A DNA stretch of 64,000 nucleotides, taken from the NCBI GenBank assembly GCA_013239625.1, contig MU054098.1:62001-126000 (forward strand), in the 5' to 3' direction. The notes beneath the pieces were generated by a model, which was given only the letters and a program-made list of their open reading frames with translations, was not told where the DNA came from and did no database searches. This stretch comes from Lama guanicoe. Its lineage: Eukaryota. This document shows positions 36,827 to 51,178 of this stretch, piece by piece. Both the position numbers and the translations under genes were made by a program. Each line of letters starts with the position of its first letter. Position 1 is the first letter of the stretch.

Positions 36827-37777
36827 TTAAAAATTGAGTTATAGTTAGCATACAATATTATATTAGTTTCAGGTGTACAACATGATTTAATGTTTTAATA
36901 CATTACAAAATGATCACCACAATAAGTCCAGTTACCATTCATCACCATTCAAGTTGTTGTAATATTATTAACTATAATGTCTATCTGTGCATTACATCCC
37001 TGTGACTTTTCAAAATTTTTATTTATTTATTTTTGTTGGTGGGGAAGTAATTAGGTTTGTTTATTTATTTATCTATTTATTTTTTATGGAGGTACTGGGG
37101 ATTGAGCCCAGGACCTTATGCATACTAGGCATGCACTCCACCACTGACCTATACCCTCCCCCACCGTGACTTATTTTATAGCTGGAAGTTTGTACCTCTT
37201 ATTCCCCTTCACCTATTTCACTCATCCCCCCCACCCCTCTCCACTCTGGCAACTACCAGTTTGTATCTCTGAGTCTGTTTCATTTTGTTCGTTCATTTGT
37301 TCCATTTTTTAGATTCCACATATAAGTGAAATCATATGGGATTTGTTTTTCTCTATCTGGTTTATTTCACTTAGCATAATACCCTCCAGGTCCCTCCATG
37401 GTGCCGCAAATGGCAAGCTTTCATTCTTTTTTATGGCTGAGTAACATTCCATTGTATGTATATACACCATATCTTCTTTATCCATTCATCTATTAAATGG
37501 GCACTTGGGTTGCTTCCATATCTTGGCTATTCTAAATAGTGCTACAATGAACATAGGGGTGCATATATATTTTCAAATTAGTGTTTTTGTTTTCTTTGGA
37601 TAACTACACAGAGGTGGAATTGCTGGATGGTATGGTAGTTCTATTTTTACTTTTTTGAGACACCTCCATAGTGTTTTCCATAGCGGCTAAACCAGTTTAC
37701 ATTTTCACCACAAGAGTTCCCTTTTCTCCACATCTTCACCAACACTTGTTTCTTGTCTTCCTGAAAATAGTATGGGT
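36827..37777 (-). mobile_element. 5'-truncated L1 with 13-bp TSD, carrying a nested SINE
   Basis: L1 3'UTR and ORF2 C-terminal text in reverse; TSD TCTAATTCATCTT at 36814-36826 and 37778-37790. Confidence 0.9.
37008..37165 (-). mobile_element. tRNA-derived SINE (Vic-1 type) nested in L1
   Basis: 'ggaggtactggggattgagcccaggacc...ccactgacctataccctcccc' flanked by gtgactt on both sides. Confidence 0.9.
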
Positions 37778-40339
37778 TCTAATTCATCTTAACAGCACCG
37801 TGCATAGCACCTGGCACATAGGAGTTTAGTAAATGTTGAACTAATGGATATTTTATGGTTCTATTCATATAAAAACAAAAACAGAAGGCTATATCTAAGT
37901 CTCTCACAGACCCTGTGAATCAGTAGCCTAAAAGTTTTTGCCCTTTCCTTCCTTCTCCAATTTTCAATCCCATGCATCTTTGTAATGCCTTAATATCAAT
38001 ATCACAAAATTTTGAAAACTGTTTCTTCTTCCTGTATTCCTTTGATGTCATGGAAGGCTCTGATCTCCCCCTGAGGTTTTACCTCTGCCCAACCTACCAT
38101 TTTTTCCTCCTATCCACCAGACATCCTCCCTTTCATTGCTCTTTTTCCTATAGCTCTAATCAACACTCTCCCCAATCCAGTTAACAATTTATTATGTGCA
38201 CATAGTCTGAGGTTTCTTTTCCTGAAAATTTTCTAGGGTAAATCATCTTTTTCCTTTGTATCCATTTTTTTAAAACATCCTTTTTCTGGTTTATTAAAAT
38301 GTGCTTTTGCTACACAACCATTATATAATAGAAATAAAAAATAAAGACTCTTGATCAATTCAATACTAAATAATTTCTTCTAATTCACCTAATTGTTTTC
38401 TCAATGTCTAAATGTACAATTGGGTACCAATCTATCTTAATTAATTGCTTCTTAATTTAGCATTTCATTTCCAGAAAGCAATCTATTATTCTTTCATCTT
38501 ATGGTTTATATTGATAATTCTATTCCATGGTATGATATTTTAGGTTCTTGGATTGATCAATTCGTCTTCTTATTCAACATGTTATATTTTGTTAAAGTTA
38601 CAGATTAATATCCACAACAAATAGTGACATGAATTTTTTAATTAAGTGCAATTTAAAAAGTTTTCTTTGTCCTTAAAATATTCAGGCATGGAGGAAATTT
38701 TGGTAGACCTGGAAAATTTTTGAAGTTTTTTGATCCAGAATATAAAAATTTGAAGTTATTTCCATTGTTTACTAAGTGAGAGGTGTTTTGATGTTTCCCA
38801 CTCAAAGTGTACACATGTATAACCATGAATGTTAACTCCTTAGGCATTTTCAAATACTTTTCAAGCCTCAGAGGTTACTATCAATCAGAGTGTCTGATAA
38901 AGCATGCCTATTATCTTATAAGAATATTTTCAGAAAGAAATCATTGTGACATATCCAAGGATATTTTCAGATTTTCACTTTTTTTAAAAAAAAGACAAAA
39001 AATCAAATGAAGTGTCTTTACTATGATTAAGACATATTTGATCAAATTAACCTTCTATTTTGTAGATCCAATGAAGATCACCACCATCACTGGAAATGCT
39101 GAAAGTTAAAATGCCCCCCTCCTGCAATTTGGCTGTCTGTTAAATATATAATTAGTTGATAATATTCTTTTAAGTGTCTATTATGGTCTTAGCATGACAT
39201 TAAGTATTACAAACAACACAGAAAAAGTAGTCTCAACACACATGGGATTAATAGCCTAATAATAATTCAATAGCAAAAGCAACAAATGTGAAATAATGAG
39301 AAAACAATTCAAGATAGAATATATAAGGGATGCTGGAGAAATTCTGAAAAGAATGAGAATGATTGGGCTGAAGCAGTCAGAAAAGGCATCTTTTGTGCAA
39401 TGGGAGCTTATTTTTCAAAGATGCTTAAGACTTGGTAAAACTGGGTGGAAACAAAAGGCATTCCATTCCCGGAGGGAAAGCAAAGGAACAGACAGCTTCC
39501 TGTGAGCTTTTGGGACTGGGCTTCCTTGCAAGGCTTCTACTTCCTCATCTGCAACACAAGAGGTTCTAATTTGCCTGTCTTAAATGTCCAGAGGTAACGT
39601 CATCGGAAAGAAGGTTGCTTGAGATCTTATCTACTTAATCAATTTAAGGGAGAAAATATTTCGTATACTTACTTTAGAGATTGAACAAACTTCCAAATCT
39701 TGTTTCATAATTATTCAACTGCAGATTACAAAAGGTCCTGCTTTTGGTTACAGCAATTCTGATAGTTACTTTAGATATAGCCATAGTAATCCCCCATGAG
39801 GTTTACATAACGAATTGGCATACATCACATTTTGCTTTTAGAGGAAAAATGAACATACCTGTAAATTACAGGGCAAGGTAGGTGAGCACTAGCTTACATA
39901 CATTTCTTGATGTCACCATTTTGTATGTTTGGGCTATAAAAGCATTCTTTTGGATGAAATATTTAACCTAAACCTTCATCAGAATGTATTTCAGATATTG
40001 GAGGTTTCCTATTAGAGGGGCCTGGTAAATATATACTAGAGCCCGCTCAGAATAAATTGTAAATCCCCAAATTGATAAGGAGTATTTATAATTTCCCATA
40101 CGACTAATCAGGCTCCTAACGAAACTAGCATATTATTTTTGATTGTTTGATTCTTGAATATGTTAGGCCAGATTTTGGTGAATTTAGAAGTGTCTTGTTT
40201 ATGGGCGTGAGAACACACACATGCATGTGTGTGTGTGTGAAACGCAGAGAGAGAATAGAATAGGATTTTTAAATGCTTATAAATACTTGAGTCTATGTCT
40301 AGTAAACATACAAAATGTGACTTTAAAAAGAGATCGACA

Positions 40340-40690
40340 GCGTTACAACATGGATGAGCTTTGAAAACAGAATACTAAGTGAAAGAAGCCAGTTACAAAA
40401 GACCACTTACTGTTACGATTCCATTTATCTGAAATGTACAAAAAGGGAAATCCATAGAGACAGAAGGTAGATTAGTGGTTGCCTGGGGCTGGGGATGGGC
40501 GGATCTGAAGGAAAGTGGGGAGTTAACTGCTAACAGGGTTCACTTTTGGGGCTATAAGAATGTTCTAAAATGAACTGATGGTTGCACAACTGTGTAAATA
40601 CACTAAAAACCATTGAGTTGTACCATTTAAGCAGGTGAATTGTATGGCATTGTGAATTATATCTCGATAAAGCTACTATTAAAAAAAAGA
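40340..40690 (+). mobile_element. L1MB-like 3'UTR fragment
   Basis: 'acaacatggatgagctttgaaaac..ctaagtgaaagaagccagttacaaaagacc...gtgaattatatctcgataaagc'. Confidence 0.85.
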
Positions 40691-41499
40691 GAGATTGACA
40701 CAATTAGGCTGCTTAAGCACAGGAAAACCACACTAGTGAGGATATGACATGTGATGGCAGGAAACATGTAGAGAAAAGTTCTATATTGCAAGAGACAAAC
40801 TAAACTCAGAAATCAAAAGGGCCTTGGAAAATGAAGTCATCTACCACTTGTTCAGCAGGATCCCTTGTTTGCCACTGTCACTGCAAGAAGGACAAAGTGC
40901 TTCAATCTACCACAAAAGAGATTTAAGTGCTGCAAAAGCATTTTGGATGAATTAAATAAGCCAGAAACAGAACCCGGATAGCAAAACAAAAACAAAAACA
41001 AAAAAGATACATATTTTTTCTATGACACTTTTGGAAAGGTTTAAGTAATTGTGTGACTAGATTGGTTTAAGGATTAAATCATGCCAATGTTTTCATAACT
41101 AACTGCACTGAGAGAGATCATTGGATATTTGGTCTCAGTAACCAAGAGGTTTCCTAGAAAGTGTCACAGAAGGGTTGAGGACAATAAGTTTCATTTTGAA
41201 CCAACAAACATGTCTTCGATAATTCACAACAAAGAATGCATCTTCTGGTTTGTTTCTTTAACAATGCTGTAAGGTCACCTGAACTAGGGTGTAAATACAA
41301 TGTAAACCTGTCCATTCAGAGAGGATTGCCTTTCACACACTGGCACTGTTACGATAAGATACATCTCATCTAGTGGATGGAATGGAGTGGGCCTATAACT
41401 AAGCTTAACTAAGCTTTACAATTTTTACAAATATTTGGGAGACCTTTGGAAAGGACATCATATGAAATGAGATCAGACTCCTAGGAATATTCTGAGTCA

Positions 41500-41710
41500 A
41501 AAGTTTTGTTTTTAAAGAGTCAGATAGTAAACATTTTGGGCATACAGGTCATCCAGTCTCTGTCGCAACCATTCAACTTAGCTGTTAGAGTACAGAAGCA
41601 GCCATGGACGGTAAGTCAACAAATTGCCTTGGTGATGTGCTGATGAAACTTTATTTACAAGAATAAGAGGCAACAGGTTGGGCCTGGTGCCCTTAGTTTG
41701 CTGACCGTGT
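41500..41710 (+). mobile_element. MER58A-like hAT MITE
   Basis: 'agtcagatagtaaacattttggg...gtctctgtcgcaaccattcaac...gcagccatggac...aaactttatttaca...tagtttgctgacc'. Confidence 0.7.
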
Positions 41711-43841
41711 CTCAGTTCCTGTGCTTGCCCCAAAATGGACTTGGTATCTGGATGGAGCTGTGTTTTTAAAGGAGCATATTTACGTAAGAGTTGGTTCATG
41801 ACTGAAGATATGAAACAGATTAAGGTAGAAATTAACACTCTTCTCTCATTACAATCTTAAGTCTTCACAGTCTTTAATACCAAGCAACTGATGGGTGGCT
41901 GTATTCTACCCTCATTTCGTTTTCACCTTTCGAATTTGAACGTAATCATGATGGCAGAATTCCACCGATGGGGAAAAAAAATGACAACTACAATTACCCC
42001 TTATTGCCCTCCTTCTAGGTGGCAGGACTTGTACTAGGAACTTTATATATATTATCTCACTTAAGGCTAACAACTAATCCATGAATGGAAGCATTATTAT
42101 CCCCATTTTCGAATGGGAAAACTAAGACTTACGAAATCAGTAACTTTTGCCTAAGATTGTTTGGCTTATAATGCAGAAGCTGGGGGGTGCAGGAGTCACG
42201 GGGAGGAGATATTCTATCTCATATCTGACCCAACAGCCTGTGAATGGAACCATGGGATCTTACAGGAAATGTTCACTATACTTTATCCTAAGAAATAAAG
42301 CATGGGAACACAGCTGATGATTTCAACTTTCTTATCAATTCCATGGAAAATTGGCTAGCCCACTAGTGGTAAATCTCATTAATAAATAGGCATGTTTGTT
42401 ACACTTATACCTAATTGAATGTTAGCTGTGTATTTATTTTCATAATTCTACACATGGTGTTTTCCTTCCACCAAATAGCACCATCAACTTTGAAGAGTAA
42501 GTCAATGGATTCTTGTAATAGAAATGTATACCAATGGCAGCAGGAAAAATATAATTATATTTTCCTCTTTATAATATTTTAGGTGATGTCCAGGATTAAT
42601 AACATAGATATTTTAGTACTGTGAAGCCTGGAAGCAAAGGGTGTTTTATTTTCAGGCTATATTCCACAGGGTATTAAAATATAGGACAATTTCAGTGAAA
42701 AGTTTGGTCAAACTAGTTAGTTGTTTGTTACAAATACAATACAACAGATTTTCAATTTATCCTCTAGGCATGACATAGACAGAGGCCTAATTTATCAAAA
42801 TTTCCAGAAAATACACTAATATAACCCAACTTGTCCTACCAGATGAATTATGGGTCACGTAAATCATTGCAGGGGGTGTGTAGTTTTAAGCAAATTAAAT
42901 ATATTTTAAAATAAATGTGTTGATAACAAAACACCCATAGCATATGGCTGACATTTTCTTTAATTTGTTTAATATAGGGTCTCCTAAAGCATCAAATTAA
43001 AAACTAAAATAATTTGATCATGAAAATCATAGAATTTTTGTATTAGAAGGAACATTATAGACTATCCCTCTCACTTTACTGATTAGTAAAACAGAGGCCC
43101 GAAGGGGCAAAACCATTTGGCTTTTTCAAAGTACTTTTATAGTTACTTTTCCAAGTGGCACTTTGAGGATTATAATCTTTCTATGTAATTCAGTTTTAAG
43201 TGTGGATTTGCAAATATGCTAGATAATGATACATTCCAGAGGCACTGTCTCAACTCAGGCCATGTAGTAGGGTGGAGTCCCTTCCAGCTGTCAGTTTCCT
43301 GGAGAAGGAAAGTCAACAATAAGGTGCTGGCTGAGGTCAAATAGCAGGTGGGGTGTAAGTGGGTCTCCAAAGCCTTGCACTTACAGAGCAAAAGTAGGGC
43401 GGGGACTGACCAAGATCAGGAACTCCGTCAATCAAAAGAAATGCCAAATTCAAGTTTTAAGGACCTAATCCAAGATGAAGCTTGACAAGGAGACAAGGGA
43501 AGACAAGGAAAACCTGAGCAGCAGCTCAGTGGCCAGATGGTTTGCTAGTTTTGAGACAGTGCCCCCCACAGTTCACTCGATGCAAAGATCCCTTATTTGG
43601 ACTGCTTTTTAAGTCTGCTCTCTAATTAATTACTCTGATTCTGAGGCATGAAAGTCTCTCCATTATTCCTGGGGAAGCTGGAGCAAATTATTCACAACAT
43701 GAGGAACAATTCAATGTCTGCAGAGAGGTCACTTGGCAGGTCATTCTGCCCCATAATGGAAAGACTTCATCTAGTTTGCCTCCTTAATTCTCATTTCTTC
43801 CTTACCTTATATTGCTAAATATGCAAAAGTCCTTCTCTTCT

Positions 43842-43971
43842 TCTTTTTTTTTTTAAGTTTTAAATTTTGGGTGGGGGGGAAGGTAATTAGGTTTATTTAT
43901 TTAAATGGAGGCGACCCAGGACCTCATACATGCTAAGCACCCACTCTACCACTGAGCTTTACCATCCCCAC
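43842..43971 (-). mobile_element. tRNA-derived SINE (Vic-1 type) with 15-bp TSD
   Basis: TSD AAGTCCTTCTCTTCT at 43827-43841 and 43972-43986; the body has a small internal deletion. Confidence 0.9.
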
Positions 43972-45699
43972 AAGTCCTTCTCTTCTGTTAAAGGAGGGTA
44001 AGCCCTCTCTCTTCAACAAATCTGAGAAACAGATTCTAGCCTTATTTATCCTCTCCAGTTTGTTACCTTGATTGAAGCAGGTGCTGCTCAATAAAGTGAC
44101 ATGATCATTCTGGATCAGTGTAAGTTTCAACTTTAACAGAACAGAAAACCCACCAAGGAGAGAGGAATAGGTAACAGACTACAAAGGGTTGGCAGTACTT
44201 CCTTTGAACCCAGATATGAACACCAGCCTCTCCTACCTCCCAGTGACATACAATTATGTGTTGGATGCACAGACCGGATGGATGTGCCAGACTAGAACCA
44301 GTTGTCCAGGAATCTATCGTCTTTAAAATTTATCTTGGAATAGTTGAAATAGTGATATATATCATCTTTTTACCAGAAATGATTCAGAACATTAAGGTCT
44401 TTCCTCCATCTTATTTTCCATTTTGACTTAAATATAAATCTTTCAAAAATGAATCAATACTTCCATTAATATTTATATCAACCCAATTTTTTTTGTACAG
44501 GAAAGAAAATCCTCTGCTGGTTTGGAACAGCTCAGCCTCCAAAGTGCAAGTCAGAAAATTGGGCTAATTGAATGCTTATCGGTAGTACTGTAATTTTTTC
44601 CAAATGTCTCATAGTGTTTTATAAATAATTAGAAAAACAAATTCAGTTTCTAAAAGGGAAATTGATATATAAATTATTAAAATGTGTATGTTGTGTACGA
44701 AAGGATAAAGTATTATCTAATCCCCCAAAATATATAACCATTAGGAGGTTTTTTCAATTAAAATTATATAAAATGAAAGTGTCATGCTCAGAGCTAATTT
44801 CTGTATTTTCAGTTATTCCTGTTAAGAGCCATTACATGAAGTATAATGCTTTGGTACTTCATGGAAGCTAAACATTTGCTTAAATGTTAACATCTACAAA
44901 CTTAGAGCCGACATCTTAAATCTCAGTACAGGGGACGATTCTTTTCCATGATCACTAAGATAGGTCATTTCAGTTAGTGCCCTGAAGGCTTAATAGAAAT
45001 CCCATGAAACTGTTAGTTTACCCCACTCAACAACTCAATCTTTATTGCAAAACACTTTCCTTTGTAACACTACGTAATACATTTATAGATCATTTTAATG
45101 ATTTTTAATTTTATAAGAAATGAGTTTTCAAGGTGTATGCAGATTTTGGTAATGTTTTTTTGGAAGGTAAAAACATGAAATTACATAAACACAATATAGT
45201 TATGATGCAACATAAAGGTTGTCATTCTTATTTGGTACTCTTCTCCAGATTTGCTTCAGACGGCTGTTCCCTTATCTTTGGTTGAGTTCAGGCATATTGT
45301 CTGGAAGACTGGTTGATAAATATTCATGGTGTTTTAAAGTAATTGTAAAAGTAAAGTAAAAAATGGCTGCATTGAGAATCAATTTTAATTCCTTCTTGGT
45401 TTATTTTCCCCCTCAACATTGTGGGGTCATAAGTTTCTAAAAACATTAAGAAGTTGTTATTGTACCTGTTCCAGGATTTTCTTGAAAAGGCACAAAAAGG
45501 AATTATTTCTCCTTTTCTAAAATTGAATGCAAATGATCGGATATGTAAACCTTAACATGCAAATTAGTGAAACATTCCACAGATCGTCTGCTGCCACTTC
45601 TCACCCCACCCACCTATTCCCTAGTATTGGAGCTAAACCTGCTATTTCATCAGTTCCAAAGTATGCCTGTGTACCTATATAATCCAGTTTTGGCGGTGG

Positions 45700-46440
45700 A
45701 GTAGAACACATGTGTATTTAGGAAAGAGTCAGAATTTGGTTTGAATCTGTCTCTTGCTATCTCTGTGGCTTTGGGAAAGTCATTTAGTCTCTGTATGCCT
45801 TGGTATCCTCATATGAAAATTGAGAGAATTAGCATGTCAGCATAGTGCCAGGTATATAGCATGTGCTCAGTTAACTGTTATTGAATGAAGGATCAAATGT
45901 AATATATATAAAGAATCGGTAAATAGTACTTCTATCATTTACCCTCTATCCCTCTGTAAGGTCTGCTTTCATGTTCTTTTTAACCTAGCAAGTCCCTAAC
46001 CATCCTTCAAGTCCCACATCAAATGACGTATCTTTGGAGATGACTCCTCCAGCCCCTCCCTCCAAGGTAGAGCTAATGGTTCTATCTCTGCATTTTCATC
46101 ACATCTTATATTTAGCTCTTAGAGCATCTTGTTGTCATTGTTGATTGTCTATTTCCTCCATTAGATAAAGGGAGCTCCTTAAGGGCAGCGATTCTATCTT
46201 ACTGGGCTTTGTGTCCCGAGTTTCTAAGTCCTAGGAACATAATAGAGCAAATAAATGATGAAAGATGAAGAGAATGAGTTGTCTGCCAGAGCGTCTACTA
46301 GAATGTGAGATTAGACTGAATTCACGTAGTCCCCACTTCCCCACTAGACTGTGACATCTAAGGGAAGGCACCTTTCTTTGCATTTGCCACACCATCACAG
46401 TACCTGGCTCAATAAATGTCTGTTCAATTGATGTGGGGAA
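45700..46440. mobile_element. Cluster of MIR and L2 remnants
   Basis: MIR core 'ctgtggctttgggaaagtcatttagtctctgtatgccttggtatcctcatatgaaaat' and L2-like 'catccttcaagtcccacatcaaatg', 'tacctggctcaataaatgtctg'. Confidence 0.6.
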
Positions 46441-47789
46441 AATGTCTTTAGGGCTCTTTCACCCATTCCTTTCCATTACTTGAGTAACTCTCTTGCCCCA
46501 CTTCATAGGATCCCTACAATATCTGCCTTTCCTTGTGTGCTCTCAGTCTCTGCTTTGTTTGACTAAGTACCAAAGGGTAGGTTTGAATTAGATAAACTCA
46601 CCTCTGCTAACGTGTTATTAGCTAACTCCTCGCCATCCCTCCCAATCAGTGACTCAGTCCAGCTATAGTGTAAATGTCCTGGCGAGTGGTGGTATATCAG
46701 GCCTCAGGAGAGCCTGTTTCAAGGGGACAGGGGAGGAAAGATTTGGGTGCACAATCCTTAAGATACCTTTCAAATTACACTGTATACAGGGACTACCATG
46801 TGTTAACTGGCATGTTGAGCCCTGGGCAGAGGTGTGATAGTTATAGTGCATCAACCTCTGAAACCCCTCAGTTTTGAACTTATCCTTTTAAATATGGAGA
46901 ATTAAACTCAGTAAGTCTAATTCCCTGCTTTGACTTTGGGAATGCTCAAGTAGTGACCACCTATGGAGCTGGGAGAAAAATCTCGGCTCTATCTCCCTTC
47001 CAGGTTACCTGAAGTGACCCCAACTTTGTTTTCACTTGCCCAGCAACCAAGAATGGACCATTTTCCATGCTGATTTTAATATGAAGAAGTTTGAGCTCTA
47101 GCTGGGTATTCAGCTAGCAAGTAGTGTACCAGAAATATCTCTGTTCCATCAGTCTACCAAGCATGATATATACAAAATTAATATGGATGCCTAAGATTCT
47201 TTAGTGCTTTCTCCTGCAAAGTTGGTCTTTGATGGCTTGGGTCAAGTATCCCAGCCTGTGTCATCTTCCTTTTCAGTCTTTTAACTACCAGCATTAACTC
47301 CTACCCCACCATCCAACTGTCAAGGAAGCAATATGACATTTCTCTTATGATTACAATTTAAAATTCTTACAGGAAAGTTTTTTTTCCTGCTAAAAAGAAA
47401 AACCATTCATAAATATTAATGGTGTTATGTTGGTCCATTGGTGTACCGGACTATACAAGGAGAAATGTTTTGGTTTGAGAGTCCTAAATTAAAATATAGT
47501 TAGACAAGGATTGTTAGTAAAAATTTCCTTTTGCTTTATCCTGATAATTGTTTTTATCTTCCTTCAGGCATCTGTTCCCGGAGACTGTTGTCTTTAGTCC
47601 ATATCCCCCTCTTTCAATTAGGGAGACAGATAAGCAGTTGTCTTGAGAATATAAGGTCACTGGCATTCCGTAAATGGATTCCAGTGCCTGCCACAGAAAC
47701 AAGTGGTGAATGTTCTCTGTCACTTGCAAACTATAAATTAATTAAGCTGACAACTTTTCCTTCTTTATGTTATGCCACCAGAGGGACTT

Positions 47790-48760
47790 TTGAAATACCA
47801 TTTGTTGCATTTTCTGATTATAAAAGTAACATATGGTCATTGTAGAGAACTGATAGTACAGAAAAGTACTAAGAGGAGAATAAAAATCTCAACACCCGGA
47901 GATAACAGCTGTTAGCATTTTGATGTATTTATTTACAGCTTTTTAGTGTTCATATAAAATATTTTAAAAGAAAATTGGGATGATATTATATATACAACGC
48001 TATATCTTGGCTTTTCAAAGTGTCCTTATATCTGAAACATTTTCAAGTACCATTGAGTATTTGAAAACATCGACTGAAATTGTTATATAACATTTGTCAT
48101 AGGAGTATACCATGAGTTGTTTATTAAAAATAATATGCTTTTATTGTTGGATATTTAGCTTGATTTCAATTCTTTCATCTTAAAAATAATTCTGTAATCT
48201 TTCTCTGAATTTCTGATTGTTTCACTAGACTAGAATCCTACAAAGGAACTTATTGGGTATAAGTGCGTGATTTTTTTTTTCAAAAAACACACATGATAAG
48301 AATTTAAAAAGTGTTTTAAGGAAGTTTGTTCCAATTTACCCAGCCACCAGCAGTGTTTGAGTGTGCATGTCCATTTCACTAAACTTTCCCCTCAAATAAT
48401 CATTTAAAACTTCTTAATTTGATTGATGAAAACGGTATATATCACTGTTTTTTTTTAATATTGAGCATCTTAAAAAATATACCCATTAGTTTCTTGAACT
48501 TGTCTTATGTGTGTTTATCTCTTTTCTTATTCTTTACCCATTTTCCTTTTTGACTTTTGTTGAGTTTTTTAATATTTCAAATCAGTCATCCTTTTTTAAT
48601 GTTTGTTGCAAATATTGTTCCCAGCTTGTGGCTTGTCTTTTAGGTTTTGCTATTTAGTAACGGCCTTTGAGCTTCAAGTTTTTCCATTTTTGTGTCGTCC
48701 AAATATATTGATTTTTCCATTTGCAATTTCTTCCATTGCTAATATGCTGAAAAATTCCAT
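47790..48760 (-). mobile_element. Ancient L1 (L1ME-like) remnant
   Basis: T-rich decayed text such as 'ccaatttacccagccaccagcagtgtttgag' and 'gttgcaaatattgttcccag'. Confidence 0.6.
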
Positions 48761-49177
48761 TCTTATTCAGTAGAGTTTTCTGTTAGTTTTAATTAGTTAG
48801 ACTTATAATTTTGAAGGCAATGGATTTGTTCTACATGATTGCAAATATAGCTATAGCTGCACTCTGTTCATTTAAAATATTTTATAGACAGATTTGGAAG
48901 TGTTAGTTACAAGAGTAGGAGCAGCTGTAATTCCTTTTAAATAGGACCGTGTGTAGAGAGAGTGATTCTTAAGAAGTCTTTTGAAAAAAAAGACTTGAAG
49001 TGTTGACATTTTATTGCAGTGAACAACTGTGTTGATTGAATGTTCCACATTATTCACTTCACATTGTATAAGAGCTCTGTAACTCAAGGCAACACAAGAC
49101 TCACACTGAAGAATCCCCCAGCAGTTTTCACTTTGAGGATTATCTGATTGTAGCCTTACTTCAGAACAGCTAAAACC

Positions 49178-49362
49178 GCATTTCTCAAAGGGTGGTCTTT
49201 AGACTCCCTTCCGTCATAATCACTTAAAGTAATTGTTAAAATGGAGATTCCTGCATCCTCCCTTCAAACATACTAAATCACATCCCTTGGGGTTGAGAAG
49301 CCATAGTTTAACAAGCATCCCAGGTGATTCTGGTGCACTATAAAGTTGGAGAATCTCTGGGC
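49178..49362. mobile_element. MER5A-like hAT MITE
   Basis: 'tttctcaaagggtggtc...aaatggagattcctg...ttaacaagcatcccaggtgattctggtgcactataaagttggagaatctctgg'. Confidence 0.7.
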
Positions 49363-49825
49363 TAGAGAGGAAAATTAGTTTAAGAAGTGGACTCACTGAG
49401 GCAAAGAGCAAAAAAGCAAGCATTTGAGAACTTGAAGTCAGAGATACTTCGGAAACCAGTATATCAGCCAATAGGCAGAAAGGATAGTCAGAATGCAACA
49501 GGGCAGAGGTTAAAAGAGCACTGCCCAGAAAATCAGGAAAAGGAGCTCTGCTGTTTAATATCCTTGTGTCCTAGGGCAAGTCACAGCTCTTCAGGCTTCT
49601 TATCCTTAGAATGAGGATAAGAAATGCATGTACCAAGCATACAGGATTGGAAGGATTGAGTGAAATAAAAAATGTAACAATGCTTTGTAAAGTTCATAGG
49701 TTTTATTGTTAATAATAGAATCAAAGGGAGTGCTGGTGGTGGTCAGCATCTGGGAGATGTGGCACTAGGTACCAGTGACTCAGTGTTGACAAGCATTAGG
49801 GTTCAAGGTCAAGAAATTCAGTCCC

Positions 49826-51178
49826 ACTGGACAGCAGCATGTAAATCAATGAAGTTAGAACACTCCCTCACACCATACACAAAAATGAACTCAAAATGGC
49901 TTAAAGATTTAAATATAAGATAAGACACTATAAAACTCCTAGAAAAAAACAGAGGCAAAATATTCTGACATAAATCCTAGCAATGTTGTCCTAAGGCAGT
50001 CTACTCAGGCAATAGTAATAAAAGCAAAAATAAACAAAGGGGACCTAATTAAACTTAGAAGCATTTGCACAGCAAAGGAAACCATAAGCAAAACAAAAGG
50101 ACAACCTACGGAATGGGAGAAAATATTAACAAATGATGCAACTGACAAAGGCTTAATTTCCAGAATATACAAACAACTCATACAACTTAATAACAACAAC
50201 AAAAACTCAATCCAAAAATGGGCAGAGGTCCTAAACAATCAATTCTCCAATGAAGACATAAAAATGGCCAATAGGCACATGAAAAAAATGCTCAATATCG
50301 CTAATTATCAGAGAAATGCAAGTCAAAACTACAATGAGGTATCACCTCACACAAGTCAGAATGTCCATCATTACAAAGTCCATGAACAATAAATGCTGGA
50401 GAGGGTGTAGAAGAATGGGAACCCTCCTACACTGTTGGTGAGAATGTAGTTTGGTGCAACCATTATGGAAAACAGTATGGAGATTCCTCACAGAACTAAA
50501 AATAGACTTACCATATGATCTAGTAATCTCACTCCTGGGCATATATCCAGAGGGAACTCTAAATCAAAAAGATACATGCACTCCAATATTCATAGCAGCA
50601 CTATATACAGTAGTCAATACATAGAAGCAACCTAAATGTCCATTGACAGATGATTGGATCAAGAAGTTGTGGTATATTTATACAATGGAATACTACTCCG
50701 CCATAAAAAATAATAGAATAATGCCATTTCCAGCCACATGGATGGACCTGGAGATCATTATTCTAAGTGAAGTAAGCCAGAAAGAGAAAGAAAAATACCA
50801 TATTATATCACTCATATGTGGAATCTAAAAAAAGAAAAAAGAAGACACTAATCAACTCATCTACAAAACAGAAACAGACTTGCAGACACAGTAAATAATC
50901 TTATGGTTACTGGGGCTGGGGGGAAGAGGGTGGGAAGGGATAAATTTGGGAGTTAGAGATTTGCAAATATAAACTACTATATATGTGTATATAAAATAGA
51001 TAAAGATCAAATTTCTCTTGTATAGCATAGGGACCTATATTCAATTTTTTATAATAACCTTTAATGAAAAAGAATATGAAAATGAAAGTATGTATATAAA
51101 TGTATGGCTGGGACATTGTGCTGTGCAGTAGAAATTGACACATTGTAACTTACTATATTTCAATAAAAAACAAAAAAA
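49826..51178 (+). mobile_element. 5'-truncated lineage-specific L1 with polyA tail and 15-bp TSD
   Basis: ORF2 C-terminus (DDWIKKLWYIYTMEYYSAIKNNRIMPFPATWMDLEIIILSEVSQ), 3'UTR and A-tail; TSD AAGAAAT(T/C)CAGTCCC at 49811-49825 and 51179-51193. Confidence 0.95.
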
